A DNA stretch of 64,000 bases from Candidatus Aenigmatarchaeota archaeon. GTDB lineage: Archaea > Aenigmatarchaeota > Aenigmatarchaeia > QMZP01 > QMZT01. Every line of letters begins with the position of its first letter. Positions within the stretch are counted from its first letter, which is position 1. This document shows, piece by piece, positions 45,105-54,167 of the stretch. The stretch lies in contig JAFGCI010000001.1 of assembly GCA_016932735.1 (NCBI GenBank), positions 132,183 through 196,182 of the forward strand. Reading direction: 5' to 3'. Under the pieces are notes generated by a model that saw only the letters and a program-made list of their open reading frames with translations, ran no database searches and was not told the origin of the DNA. Made by a program: the position numbers and the translations under genes.

Positions 45105-45167
45105 TTAACCGCATGCATTGTATAAACCATGATGCATGCTATAAAATAAAAGGTGACCGAATAAAAA

Positions 45168-45476
45168 ATGTCTGAAGTATGCCAGAAGTGTGGCTTGCCA
45201 AAAGACCTTTGTGTCTGCACCACAATTGCAAAGGAAGAGGAGAAGATAAAGATATACTCCGAGAGGAAAAGATACAGAAAAACGATGACCGTTGTCGAAG
45301 GAATAAGCAAGGATGTCAATAAGAAGGATATCCTTACGAAACTGAAGACAAAATTTGCATGTGGAGGCACAATAAAAGACGGTAATATCGAACTGCAGGG
45401 CGATCATAAAAGAAGAGCAAAAGAAATGATGATTAAAATGGGTTTCCCTGAAGATATGATTGAAATATCCGATTAA
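45168..45476 (+). CDS. Translation initiation factor SUI1 (aSUI1/eIF1 homolog).
   Basis: 102 aa. CQKCGLPKDLCVC is the N-terminal zinc motif of archaeal SUI1, and KIYSERKRYRKTMTVVEG...FACGGTIKDGNIELQGDH is the SUI1 domain. Confidence 0.8.
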   Translation: MSEVCQKCGLPKDLCVCTTIAKEEEKIKIYSERKRYRKTMTVVEGISKDVNKKDILTKLKTKFACGGTIKDGNIELQGDHKRRAKEMMIKMGFPEDMIEISD

Positions 45477-45751
45477 TGATTATGAAAAGGACTCCGGAAA
45501 ACCTGGTGAGGCACGAAATAGTGGGATTGGACGTCGTTGTCACTGCGTCTTTGAACCCTTCGGTGAAGGGGCTGGGAGGCAGGGTTATCGACGAGACCAG
45601 GAACACTATCACAATAGAAACTGATAAAAAGGTTAGAAAAATAATAAAAGAGGAATGTGCCTTCAGCTTTTCGATTCCGGGAAGCGGAACCGTCGAAATC
45701 GACGGAAAAGAACTGGCCGGAAGGCCTGAAGACAGGATAAAAAAAAGATAA
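45476..45751 (+). CDS. rnp1: RNase P protein component 1 (Rpp29/Pop4 homolog).
   Basis: 91 aa. VGLDVVVTASLNPSVKGLGGRVIDETRNTITIET...GRPEDRIKK is the Rpp29 pattern. It lies between L29 and S17, the conserved archaeal position. Confidence 0.8.
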   Translation: MIMKRTPENLVRHEIVGLDVVVTASLNPSVKGLGGRVIDETRNTITIETDKKVRKIIKEECAFSFSIPGSGTVEIDGKELAGRPEDRIKKR

Positions 45752-45779
45752 GATAGCGGAAAAATATAATGGTGAAAAA

Positions 45780-46118
45780 ATGAAAGAAAACCTGGGTTTG
45801 GGACTAAACCCTCCGAAAGAGAAATGCGAGGACCATAAATGTCCTTGGCATGGAAGCCTTTCTGTCAGAGGAAAGATTCTGGAAGGCGTGGTAAAATCCA
45901 CAAAAACCCATAAGACTGCCACAGTTGAATGGAAGTACATAAAGTTTGTCAGGAAATACGAAAGGTATGAAAGGAGAAAATCAAGCGTTGCTGCATATAA
46001 TCCCGATTGCATGAATGCAAAAGAAGGGGACAGCGTGGTAATAGTTGAGTGCAGGGCGCTATCCAAGACAAAGCATTTCGTAATAGTTCATGTTGACAAG
46101 GCGAAAGCAGATAAGTGA
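45780..46118 (+). CDS. rps17: 30S ribosomal protein S17 (uS17).
   Basis: DHKCPWHGSLSVRGKILEGVVKSTKTHKTATVEW...EGDSVVIVECRALSKTKHFVIV matches S17. Confidence 0.85.
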   Translation: MKENLGLGLNPPKEKCEDHKCPWHGSLSVRGKILEGVVKSTKTHKTATVEWKYIKFVRKYERYERRKSSVAAYNPDCMNAKEGDSVVIVECRALSKTKHFVIVHVDKAKADK

Positions 46119-46522
46119 TAATAATGAAGGCTATACCATCAAGTGTTACGCAATCTCTGACTACAAGGTCAGTCATCAGATGCGCTGACAACTCCGGAGC
46201 AAAATGGCTGGAAGTTATAGCCGTAAAAGGATTTCGTGGAAGAAGAAGGATGAAGCCGTCATGTGGCGTCGGTTCTTTTGTCTTCTGCAAAGTGAGAAGC
46301 GGAAACGAAAAAGTAAGGCATCAGGTACTGAAAGCCGTGATAATCAGGCAGACAAAGGAATACAGAAGAAGTGAAGGTTTAAGAATATCATTCGAGGATA
46401 ATGCTGCCGTAATCATTAGTGATAAAGGGGAAGCGACCGGATCTATAATAAAAGGGCCGGTTGCCAGGGAAGCGGTCCAGAGGTTCCCGACTATAGGCAA
46501 AATAGCAAGCATTGTAGTATAA
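46115..46522 (+). CDS. rpl14: 50S ribosomal protein L14 (uL14).
   Basis: TRSVIRCADNSGAKWLEVIAVKG...GEATGSIIKGPVAREAVQRFPTIGKIASIVV matches L14. Confidence 0.9.
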   Translation: MIIMKAIPSSVTQSLTTRSVIRCADNSGAKWLEVIAVKGFRGRRRMKPSCGVGSFVFCKVRSGNEKVRHQVLKAVIIRQTKEYRRSEGLRISFEDNAAVIISDKGEATGSIIKGPVAREAVQRFPTIGKIASIVV

Positions 46523-46532
46523 TGGTGAAATA

Positions 46533-47108
46533 ATGAAAAAATCATGGTCAAATGAATGGGTTTCGAGCGTGCAGCCAAGGAAGCAGAGGAAGTATGTACA
46601 TAATGCACCGTTGCACGTAAAGCATAGATTGCTTTCGGTTCATCTTGCGCCCGTACTCAGGGAAAGATACGGAACGAGATCAGTAACTGTCAGAAAGGGA
46701 GACAAAGTTAAGGTTATGAGAGGATCCTCAAAGGGATTCAGCGGACCGGTGGAAAGGATATCCCTGAAAAAGATGGAAGTGTTCATAGAAGGTCTTAAGG
46801 CCAAGAAAGTCGACGGAACGGAAGTCCTCAAATCCTTAAAACCATCAAATATCATGATCACAGAACTTAATACTGACGACAAAACAAGACAGTCAAAACT
46901 GTTAGGAAAAGAAAAGACACCAGCAAAACCAAAAGGGGGAGCAGTGAAAAAAGCAGGTTCTGAAGCTAAAAAAGCAGAATCTTCTAAAGAAGAGAAACCT
47001 AAAGAATCCAAAGCTCCTGTTAAAAAGGAAGCGGCTGAAAAGAAGGTTGCATCTCCTAAAAAAAGCGTTGCCTCCAAGAAACCGGCTGAGACCAAGGTGA
47101 AGAAATGA
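46533..47108 (+). CDS. rpl24: 50S ribosomal protein L24 (uL24) with a long Lys/Ala/Glu-rich C-terminal extension.
   Basis: A KOW motif (VRKGDKVKVMRGSSKGFSGPVERI) followed by a basic C-terminus of about 90 aa (KPKGGAVKKAGSEAKKAESSKEEKPKESKAPVKKEAAEKK...). Confidence 0.85.
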   Translation: MKKSWSNEWVSSVQPRKQRKYVHNAPLHVKHRLLSVHLAPVLRERYGTRSVTVRKGDKVKVMRGSSKGFSGPVERISLKKMEVFIEGLKAKKVDGTEVLKSLKPSNIMITELNTDDKTRQSKLLGKEKTPAKPKGGAVKKAGSEAKKAESSKEEKPKESKAPVKKEAAEKKVASPKKSVASKKPAETKVKK

Positions 47109-47791
47109 GCGGATACCTGAAGAGATATGTAATGCCGGCTTTCTGGCCGGTGAACAGGAAAGGGAATAAATGGGTCTCAAGACCCAGAACGGGCCCGCAT
47201 AAGATAGAACAGTGCATATCATTGCAGATACTTGTCAGGGACTCTTTCAGCCTGACTGACAACGTACCGGAAACGAAGAAGCTGATAAAATCCGGAGCCA
47301 TATTGGTGGACAAAAGAAAAAGGACAGATATAAAATATCCTGTCGGTTTCATGGATGTTATTGAGATACCATCAGTCAAGAAATACTACAGAGTCATGCT
47401 TAGCAGCAAGGGACTTCATCCGGAAGAGATAAAGGAGACGGACAGCTCAAGAAAGCTGTGTATTGTCAAGGGGAAGAAGGCTATCAAAGGAGGCAAATTC
47501 CAGTTAAGTCTTCATGACGGAAGAAATGTTATTGTCCTTCCGAAGAATGATTATAAGGTTAATGATTCAGTCATCATATCACTGCCTGAACAGAAGATAG
47601 CAAAACACTTCAAGTTTGAAAAAGGAGCAGCATCATTCATAACTGCCGGAAAAAATATCGGCATCACTGGAACGATAGAGGAAATAAAGGAAAGGAAGAC
47701 GATGCTGGAAAAAGCAATGGTCACGATAAAAACGAAGGACAATAAAAGCCTTTTGGTTCCCAAAAAATATGTAATGGTCGGTGAAGTATGA
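47105..47791 (+). CDS. rps4e: 30S ribosomal protein S4e (eS4).
   Basis: The N-terminus MSGYLKRYVMPAFWPVNRKGNKWVSRPRTGPHK is the characteristic S4e start. Confidence 0.9.
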   Translation: MSGYLKRYVMPAFWPVNRKGNKWVSRPRTGPHKIEQCISLQILVRDSFSLTDNVPETKKLIKSGAILVDKRKRTDIKYPVGFMDVIEIPSVKKYYRVMLSSKGLHPEEIKETDSSRKLCIVKGKKAIKGGKFQLSLHDGRNVIVLPKNDYKVNDSVIISLPEQKIAKHFKFEKGAASFITAGKNIGITGTIEEIKERKTMLEKAMVTIKTKDNKSLLVPKKYVMVGEV

Positions 47792-48312
47792 ATACAATGA
47801 GAGAAATCCGGATAGAGAAGGTAACAATTAATGTGGGAACAAAAGAAGATGCAGATGTCCTTAACAGGGCAGTGTTTATGATAAAAAAGATAACCGGAAA
47901 GGACGGCGTCATTACAACGACACATAAAAGGACGACATTCGGAGGCGCAAAGAACAGAAAAATTGGTTGCAAGATAACTCTTCGCGGAGACGAGGCTAAG
48001 GAATTCCTGCTCAATGCACTGAAGGCCGTTGATAACAGGATAAAACCGACACAGTTCGACCGTACAGGAAACTTTGCTTTCGGTGTGAAGGAGTACATAA
48101 ACATGCCGGGGATGAAATATGATCCCGACATAGGGATATTGGGATTTGATGTTATTGTCACACTTAAGAGGCCCGGATTCAGGGTGAAAAAAAGGAAGCT
48201 CAAAGCGGCAAAGGTAGGAAAGAAACACCTGATTCCGCCCGAGGAATCAATTGAATGGGCCAAGAAGGAGCTTAATATTAATGTTACTGAAGAAGTCGAG
48301 GAAAAATGGTGA
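47788..48312 (+). CDS. rpl5: 50S ribosomal protein L5 (uL5).
   Basis: [11 protein letters not shown]...[32 protein letters not shown] matches L5. Confidence 0.9.
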   Translation: MNTMREIRIEKVTINVGTKEDADVLNRAVFMIKKITGKDGVITTTHKRTTFGGAKNRKIGCKITLRGDEAKEFLLNALKAVDNRIKPTQFDRTGNFAFGVKEYINMPGMKYDPDIGILGFDVIVTLKRPGFRVKKRKLKAAKVGKKHLIPPEESIEWAKKELNINVTEEVEEKW

Positions 48313-48316
48313 AATA

Positions 48317-48538
48317 ATGACGTTCAAGAACATGAAAAAGCAGGTCGAGAAGAAACCTGAAAAACTTGCAAGAGTCATGAAGTTCAATGCCTCTAAACAG
48401 AGGAATAGCGGACGCGGCATTCATCCATGCCGAATATGCGGAAAGACTGAAGGCGTTATCTCAAAATACGGGCTTGGATACTGCAGACAATGCTTCAGGG
48501 AGATAGCCCCAAAACTGGGATTCAAGAAATATGATTAA
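48317..48538 (+). CDS. rps14: 30S ribosomal protein S14 (uS14, zinc-binding type).
   Basis: An in-frame ATG at 48317 gives ...[42 protein letters not shown], the C4 zinc S14 signature. The upstream extension in the ORF track overlaps L5. Confidence 0.85.
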   Translation: MTFKNMKKQVEKKPEKLARVMKFNASKQRNSGRGIHPCRICGKTEGVISKYGLGYCRQCFREIAPKLGFKKYD

Positions 48539-48548
48539 GGTGTATTTG

Positions 48549-48935
48549 ATGAAACATGATTCACTGTCGGATATGTTCACAATATTAATGAACACAGAAA
48601 CTGTAGGTAAAATTTCATGCATAGTTCCGTCCTCAAAAGTCATAAAGGAGATTCTGAAGACGATGCAGAAGAAGGGATACATAGGCAACTTTGAGTTAAT
48701 AGATGACGGAAAGGGCGGCAAGTTTAGAGTCGAGATGGTAGGAAAAATAAACAAATGCGGTGTCATAAAACCCCGCCATGCGGTAGGTCTCAGAAGTTTC
48801 ATTAACTGGGAGAAAAGATATCTGCCTGCAATAGGTATGGGAGAGCTTTTCGTGAGTACACCCGGAGGCGTCATGAGCCACAGGGATGCGACAGAGCAAA
48901 AAAGCGGAGGAGTTCTCTTAGGTTATATTTATTGA
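48549..48935 (+). CDS. rps8: 30S ribosomal protein S8 (uS8).
   Basis: MKHDSLSDMFTILMNTE... and the C-terminal FVSTPGGVMSHRDATEQKSGGVLLGYIY are S8 signatures. An alternative upstream start lies at 48531. Confidence 0.85.
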   Translation: MKHDSLSDMFTILMNTETVGKISCIVPSSKVIKEILKTMQKKGYIGNFELIDDGKGGKFRVEMVGKINKCGVIKPRHAVGLRSFINWEKRYLPAIGMGELFVSTPGGVMSHRDATEQKSGGVLLGYIY

Positions 48936-49210
48936 ACGTGATGTTTATGTCAACAAAAGAAGAAATAAAGAAAGCGCTTGAAGATGAGAAGGCTATAATG
49001 GGAACCAGACAGGTAACAAAAAATGCTAAAGCTTCATCGCTTTCAAAAATCATTTATGCAGACAATGCGCCCGAACTTACAACGGAAAGGATGAAATTCT
49101 ATTCCAAGTTATCCGGCGTTGAAGTCGTAATATTCAAAGGCAATTCGGTTGAATTGGGAAGACTCTGCGGAAAGCCTTTTGGTATAACGGTAATGGGAAT
49201 AAAAAAATAG
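48932..49210 (+). CDS. rpl30e: 50S ribosomal protein L30e (eL30).
   Basis: IMGTRQVTKNAKASSLSKIIYADNAPE...YSKLSGVEVVIFKGNSVELGRLCGKPFGITVMGI matches L30e/L7Ae-fold proteins and its position at the head of the nusA-S12-S7-EF2 cluster. Confidence 0.75.
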   Translation: MNVMFMSTKEEIKKALEDEKAIMGTRQVTKNAKASSLSKIIYADNAPELTTERMKFYSKLSGVEVVIFKGNSVELGRLCGKPFGITVMGIKK

Positions 49211-49222
49211 AGGACATAACAA

Positions 49223-49624
49223 ATGGTTAAAATAGGCAACGAGGAAATACAAACACTGGCCGTATTTGAAAAAGCAACGGGAACATATGCCCGTGACTGT
49301 ATAAGAGACAACGGCTCTATATATTTCATTGTTGAAAACGGCAAGATGGGCACTGCAATAGGAAAAGGCGGTGTGAACGTTAAAAGAGTCAGGGAAATAC
49401 TCAATAAGGACATAAAAATATTCGAATATTCGTCCGACCCTCTCGAGATGACAAAAAAAATGATTCCTGCATCAAAAGGAGTTGAGCAGAACGGGCAGGA
49501 GATTGTCGTGACGCTGGATGCAAAGGACCGCTCGGCGGTAATAGGAAAAAACGGTAAGAATATCAAGATTATAAAAGAGATACTTGACAGACACTTCAAA
49601 ATCAAGAATCTCAGGTTAAAGTGA
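49223..49624 (+). CDS. nusA: Archaeal NusA-like protein (tandem KH domains).
   Basis: 133 aa with two KH motifs (MGTAIGKGGVNVKRVREIL and SAVIGKNGKNIKIIKEIL). It sits between L30e and S12, the conserved position. Confidence 0.8.
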   Translation: MVKIGNEEIQTLAVFEKATGTYARDCIRDNGSIYFIVENGKMGTAIGKGGVNVKRVREILNKDIKIFEYSSDPLEMTKKMIPASKGVEQNGQEIVVTLDAKDRSAVIGKNGKNIKIIKEILDRHFKIKNLRLK

Positions 49625-49684
49625 CATCGACAAGCTGTTTACAGGCGTTGTCAATGTATTGCACCGAAAGGGTGCACATGGAAC

Positions 49685-50125
49685 ATGATAAATGGTGAAA
49701 ATATGCCAGGAACATTCGCTGCAAGGACACTGAAGAAGAAGAGGAAGAGATTCAAGTGGAAATCGACAGTCTATAAAAGGAAATTCCTTAAACTGTGGAA
49801 AAAGGATCCGCTTGCCGGAGCACCTTTAGGCAGGGGAATAGTCCTGAAGAAGAAAGGAATAGAGCAGAAACAGCCTCACTCTGGTATAATCAAAGCCGTA
49901 AGGATACAGCTGATAAAGAACGGCATCCAGTGCACTGCAATGGTCCCGAGGACCGGTGCAATAAAATTCATTGACGAGCACGATGAAGTCACAGTTGACG
50001 GACTTGGAGGTTCGCAGGGCGGTGCAATCGGTTCGATGCACGGCGTAAAATACAAAGTAGTCGCAGTCAATGGAGCCTCTCTTGAGATGATAAGAAGAGG
50101 AAAGAAAGAGAAACCTAAGGGATAA
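49685..50125 (+). CDS. rps12: 30S ribosomal protein S12 (uS12).
   Basis: PLAGAPLGRGIVLKKKGIEQKQPHSGIIKAVRIQLIKNGIQCTAMVPRTGAIKFIDEHDEVTVDGLGG matches S12. The probable true start is MPGTFAARTL at 49703. Confidence 0.9.
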   Translation: MINGENMPGTFAARTLKKKRKRFKWKSTVYKRKFLKLWKKDPLAGAPLGRGIVLKKKGIEQKQPHSGIIKAVRIQLIKNGIQCTAMVPRTGAIKFIDEHDEVTVDGLGGSQGGAIGSMHGVKYKVVAVNGASLEMIRRGKKEKPKG

Positions 50126-50127
50126 AG

Positions 50128-50730
50128 ATGACTAGCAATTTATTGATGATGAATAAGTGGGATATGTCCGAGATCAAAGTCGACGACAGAGGTTTAAAGG
50201 CATACCTCAACATCAAACCTGTGATAGTCCCGAAATCGAGCGGCAGAAATTCCACGCTTTCCCTGAGAAGACAGCATGTCAGCGTGGTTGAGAGATTTAT
50301 CAACAAGCTCATGGTCACAGGCCACAAAGGCAAGAAACACGAGATAACCTCGGATCATAATATAGGAAGATACTTATCTGTTTACAACGCAGTAAAAGAG
50401 GCATTCGAAATAATTGAAAGCAAGATAAAGAAGAACCCGGTTCAGGTTCTGGTAACAGCTATAGAGAATTCGGCCATGTACGAAGAAGTTGCTGCTTACA
50501 GGATGGGCGGAACAATAGCAAGGAAAGCAGTTATAGTCTCCCCCAGAAGAAGAATAGATATGGCATTGAGATTCATGTGCCAGGGAATATTCAGGCAGTC
50601 TTTCGGAAAAAAGACAAAGCTTGCCAATGTTATAGCCAATGAACTGATAGCCATTTACAACAACGATTCAAACACCATGGCTATAAGGGAAAGACAGAGG
50701 CTTGAAAGGGAAGCTGACGGCGCCAGATAA
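50128..50730 (+). CDS. rps7: 30S ribosomal protein S7 (uS7).
   Basis: 200 aa. ...LMVTGHKGKKH...AVKEAFEIIE...AIENSAMYEEVAAYRMGGTIARKAV matches S7. Confidence 0.9.
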   Translation: MTSNLLMMNKWDMSEIKVDDRGLKAYLNIKPVIVPKSSGRNSTLSLRRQHVSVVERFINKLMVTGHKGKKHEITSDHNIGRYLSVYNAVKEAFEIIESKIKKNPVQVLVTAIENSAMYEEVAAYRMGGTIARKAVIVSPRRRIDMALRFMCQGIFRQSFGKKTKLANVIANELIAIYNNDSNTMAIRERQRLEREADGAR

Positions 50731-50769
50731 GCCCTTTTCATATTTTCAATTGACTTAGGTGATTTTTAG

Positions 50770-52983
50770 ATGGCAAAAAAAGGTGATTTGACACAGATAA
50801 TCAAGGTGTTAATGAGAAAACACGAGAACATAAGGAACATAGGCATTGTTGCCCATATCGACCACGGCAAGACCACGCTTTCTGACAACCTTCTTGCAGG
50901 CGCAGGAATGATTTCAGAAGAGCTTTCAGGAAAGCAGTGCGCAATGGATTTCGACGCGCAGGAACAGGAAAGAGGAATCACAATCTTTGCTGCAAACGTT
51001 TCAATGGTCCACGAGTACAAAGGAAACGATTTTCTTATCAATCTTATAGATACGCCGGGTCACGTCGATTTTGGCGGCGATGTAACACGTGCAATGAGGG
51101 CTGTTGACGGGGCTGTCATTCTGACAGACGCAGTAGAAGGCTGTATGCCCCAAACAGAAACCGTTGTCCGTCAGGCTCTGAAAGAAAGGGTCAGACCGAT
51201 TCTTTTTATCAACAAGGTTGATCGTTACATTAAGGAACTCAAGCTTACGCCGGAGCAGATGCAGCAGCAGTTCATGAAAATTATCGCTGAAGTAAATGCT
51301 CTTATAAGCAAATACGCTGAGCCTGAATACAAGACCAAATGGATGGTCAATGTAAATGACGGGTCTGTTGCATTCGGTTCTGCTTACAGGAACTGGGCAA
51401 TATCTGTTCCTTACATGAAGGAGAAGGGAATAAGCTTCAAGGACATAATAGAGATGACAAATGCCGGACCGGAATCTGAAAAAGAGCTTGCAAAGAAAGC
51501 TCCTCTTCACGAGATACTTCTTGATGCAGTCATCAAGCATCTTCCAAATCCTGATCAGGCACAGAAATACAGGGTCCCAAAGATATGGCCGGGAGACAAC
51601 GATTCGGAAGCGGGAAAGGACATGATAATGTGCAATCCTGATGGAAAGCTTGGTGCAGTCGTCACAAAACTTTATCCGGACCCGCATGCAGGTTATGTTG
51701 CAACGGTCAGGATTTTTTCAGGAAAAGTTAAGGTCGGAACAGAGGTCTATCTTGTCGGAACCCAGAAAAAGGTGAAAATCCAGCAGGTATCACTTTACAA
51801 AGGCCAGCAGAGAGTTCCAATGGAAGAAGTCAACGCGGGAAACATCGTAGGACTTGTCGGCCTGAAGGATGCAAGCAGCGGTGAGACGCTTTGCGACCCC
51901 GACGACATCATCGTTGGGTTTGAAAGCATTAAGCATATATTCGAGCCTGTTGTCACCAAGGCAATAGAGCCAAAGAAGCCACAGCAGCTTGCAAAACTCA
52001 TCGAATTTTTAAGGAGGGTAAGCAAGGAAGACCCGACACTTCAGATTGTAATCAACGAAGATACCGGAGAATATCTTGTATCCGGCCTTGGCGAGCTTCA
52101 GATAGACGCAAAGATTGAGAGACCGCTGAAGGAAGCGGAGATTGATGTATCCGTTTCACCGCCGATAGTAATTTTCAAGGAGTCTGTAAGCGGTTCGACC
52201 AAAGAGCCCATTGAAGGAAAATCACCCAACAAGCACAACAGGTTCTACTTCCTTGTAGAGCCTCTGGAAAAAGCGGTCTTTGATGCAATGGTCGCAGGAG
52301 AGCTCCCATCCGACTCTGAAATGAAAAAGAAGGATGTCGATTTCCAGGAAAAGCTTGTGAAGCTCGGCTTCGATCGGGACGAATCAAAGAAAGTCAAGCT
52401 CATCCATAACAGGAATATGCTCATTGATGCGACCTCAGGTGTCCAGGCAATCCTTGAAGTCATGGAAATGATTAAGGAATCATTTAAGGAAGCAATGGAC
52501 AACGGCCCTCTTGCAAGGGAGCCTTGCAGCGGAATAAAGGTCAAACTGGTCGATGCAAAGCTTCATGAAGATGCAATTCACAGAGGTCCGGCACAGGTAA
52601 TTCCTGCGGTTAGGTCGTCAATAAGATTGGGCATGGTAAATGCAAAGGCATACATTCTTGAGCCAAAGCAGATGATAAGAATAGACGTTCCGATTGACCA
52701 TGTCAGCGGCGCTTTGAAGGAAGTATCGAACAGAAGAGGCCAGGTAATCGACATGACTGACGAGCAGGGAGCAACTGTCATAAAGGCAAAGCTTCCTGTC
52801 GCGGAGATGTTCGGATTCAACTCTGCACTCAAGTCATCTACAGGAGGAATGGGATTCTTCTGGCTGATAGATGTCATATATGAGGCGCTTCCAAAAGAGC
52901 TTGAACTGAAATACGTTACACAAATCAAGCAGAGGAAGGGAATAACAGACCTCAAGAATGACGAGAGCGAAGAAGAGGCTTAA
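50770..52983 (+). CDS. fusA: Elongation factor 2 (aEF-2).
   Basis: 737 aa. G1 is IRNIGIVAHIDHGKTTLSD, G3 is DTPGHVDFGGDV, and G4 is NKVD. The conserved C-terminal domains are present (diphthamide-region histidine context ...GPAQVIPA...). Confidence 0.92.
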   Translation: MAKKGDLTQIIKVLMRKHENIRNIGIVAHIDHGKTTLSDNLLAGAGMISEELSGKQCAMDFDAQEQERGITIFAANVSMVHEYKGNDFLINLIDTPGHVDFGGDVTRAMRAVDGAVILTDAVEGCMPQTETVVRQALKERVRPILFINKVDRYIKELKLTPEQMQQQFMKIIAEVNALISKYAEPEYKTKWMVNVNDGSVAFGSAYRNWAISVPYMKEKGISFKDIIEMTNAGPESEKELAKKAPLHEILLDAVIKHLPNPDQAQKYRVPKIWPGDNDSEAGKDMIMCNPDGKLGAVVTKLYPDPHAGYVATVRIFSGKVKVGTEVYLVGTQKKVKIQQVSLYKGQQRVPMEEVNAGNIVGLVGLKDASSGETLCDPDDIIVGFESIKHIFEPVVTKAIEPKKPQQLAKLIEFLRRVSKEDPTLQIVINEDTGEYLVSGLGELQIDAKIERPLKEAEIDVSVSPPIVIFKESVSGSTKEPIEGKSPNKHNRFYFLVEPLEKAVFDAMVAGELPSDSEMKKKDVDFQEKLVKLGFDRDESKKVKLIHNRNMLIDATSGVQAILEVMEMIKESFKEAMDNGPLAREPCSGIKVKLVDAKLHEDAIHRGPAQVIPAVRSSIRLGMVNAKAYILEPKQMIRIDVPIDHVSGALKEVSNRRGQVIDMTDEQGATVIKAKLPVAEMFGFNSALKSSTGGMGFFWLIDVIYEALPKELELKYVTQIKQRKGITDLKNDESEEEA

Positions 52984-53033
52984 AACCTCTTATTTTTCTT
53001 TTATTCTTATTCTATTAGTTAAAATAATCACAT

Positions 53034-53612
53034 ATGGATTTAGTTGAATTGTCAAAAGAATTAATGTTTAAATCTACGCAAAAGAATAAAGCACCATCAT
53101 GGCTTCTTACAGAATTAGTGATAAAAAAAGGTATTGAACTTTCAGAAAAATACTCTGTTAGAAAAGATCTGGTTCTGGCTTCTTTGTATTTGGCTCATAC
53201 GATTTTTGATCAGGTCTGGAAAGGCAAAGTCCAGAAAAATCACCCTAAACTAAGTTCTGATTTTGTTAAAATTTATCTTGATGAATGGAGAGTCGATTCT
53301 ACTGATAAAGATATAATAATAAATTCTATAGAAGCACATCACGATAAAGTACCGACAAAAACTAAAATAGCAGAAATTGTAAAGAATGCTGAGTGCTTCA
53401 AATTTGTGACCGTCGAAGGCTGTTTGATTTTTCTCCATGAACTGGGACTTAGAGGCACGTCATTTGAAGAATCTGTTGATAAAGTAATTCAGAAGATGGA
53501 ACAGAAAAGAAGCCTTTTGACACTTGATGATTGTAAGAAAGAAGCGGAAAATAACTGTAAAGAGATTGAGAAATTATTTAAAAATCTATTAAAGCCCGAA
53601 AAAACCCAATAA
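53034..53612 (+). CDS. Hypothetical protein on a low-GC island.
   Basis: 192 aa ORF in a markedly AT-rich segment. The H-containing motifs (LAHTIFD, IEAHHDK) weakly resemble HD-superfamily segments but cannot be assigned. Confidence 0.45.
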   Translation: MDLVELSKELMFKSTQKNKAPSWLLTELVIKKGIELSEKYSVRKDLVLASLYLAHTIFDQVWKGKVQKNHPKLSSDFVKIYLDEWRVDSTDKDIIINSIEAHHDKVPTKTKIAEIVKNAECFKFVTVEGCLIFLHELGLRGTSFEESVDKVIQKMEQKRSLLTLDDCKKEAENNCKEIEKLFKNLLKPEKTQ

Positions 53613-54080
53613 CCACGGCCCCACAAAACTCCCTACATAAGCCGCGATAAAGAACTGGGCAGTCCTTCCGATTATTGACGCTATCAGGAATTTCTTTATG
53701 CCGAGTTCGCAAATCCCTGAAAACCATGTGAATACCTTGAAAGGAACAGGACTGAAAGCTGCAATGAGAACTGCCCATGCACCGTATTTTTCGTACCACT
53801 GCTCGACTTTCTTGATGTGTTTTTCCTTGAAGAGCTTTTCCGCAACAGGCCTTCCTATGCGGTCTCCGAGATAATAGCCAACCACGCCTCCGATAACAGA
53901 GCCGATTGTTGCGATGACTGCCACAATGAAAGGGTCAGCGCCGAGAGCGGTTACCGGTGCGACTATTGTTGCTGTCGGGACCGGGAATATGAATGATTCG
54001 AGGACTGCTATTACGAAGACGCCGCCGAAACCGTAAGCGGCTACAAACGCCTGCACAGCAAGTATAAACCCTTCAAACAT
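53589..54080 (-). CDS. DedA/VTT-family membrane protein (second paralog).
   Basis: An in-frame ATG (complement of 54078..54080) gives MFEGFILAVQAFVAAYGFGGVFVIAVLESFIFPVPTATIV...YGAWAVLIAAFSPVPFKVFTWFSGICELGIKKFLIASIIG, a DedA signature. The ORF track extends the frame to 54371 with non-homologous sequence. Confidence 0.6.
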   Translation of the reverse strand: MFEGFILAVQAFVAAYGFGGVFVIAVLESFIFPVPTATIVAPVTALGADPFIVAVIATIGSVIGGVVGYYLGDRIGRPVAEKLFKEKHIKKVEQWYEKYGAWAVLIAAFSPVPFKVFTWFSGICELGIKKFLIASIIGRTAQFFIAAYVGSFVGPWLLGFFGL

Positions 54081-54167
54081 AAGAATAATATTGCTACACC
54101 CGATTAATAACGTTATGAAGATGTGGAACACTGATAGTTTATAATCTTTTTTAACATCAATAATTCC

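Noticed and set aside
44064-48228. Multiple 100 to 225 aa ORFs antisense to ribosomal-protein genes (for example 44064..44579, 44738..45370 and 47551..48228, all on the minus strand).
   Set aside because: They are antisense to highly conserved r-protein genes, have low-complexity translations, and no motifs. They are typical shadow ORFs.
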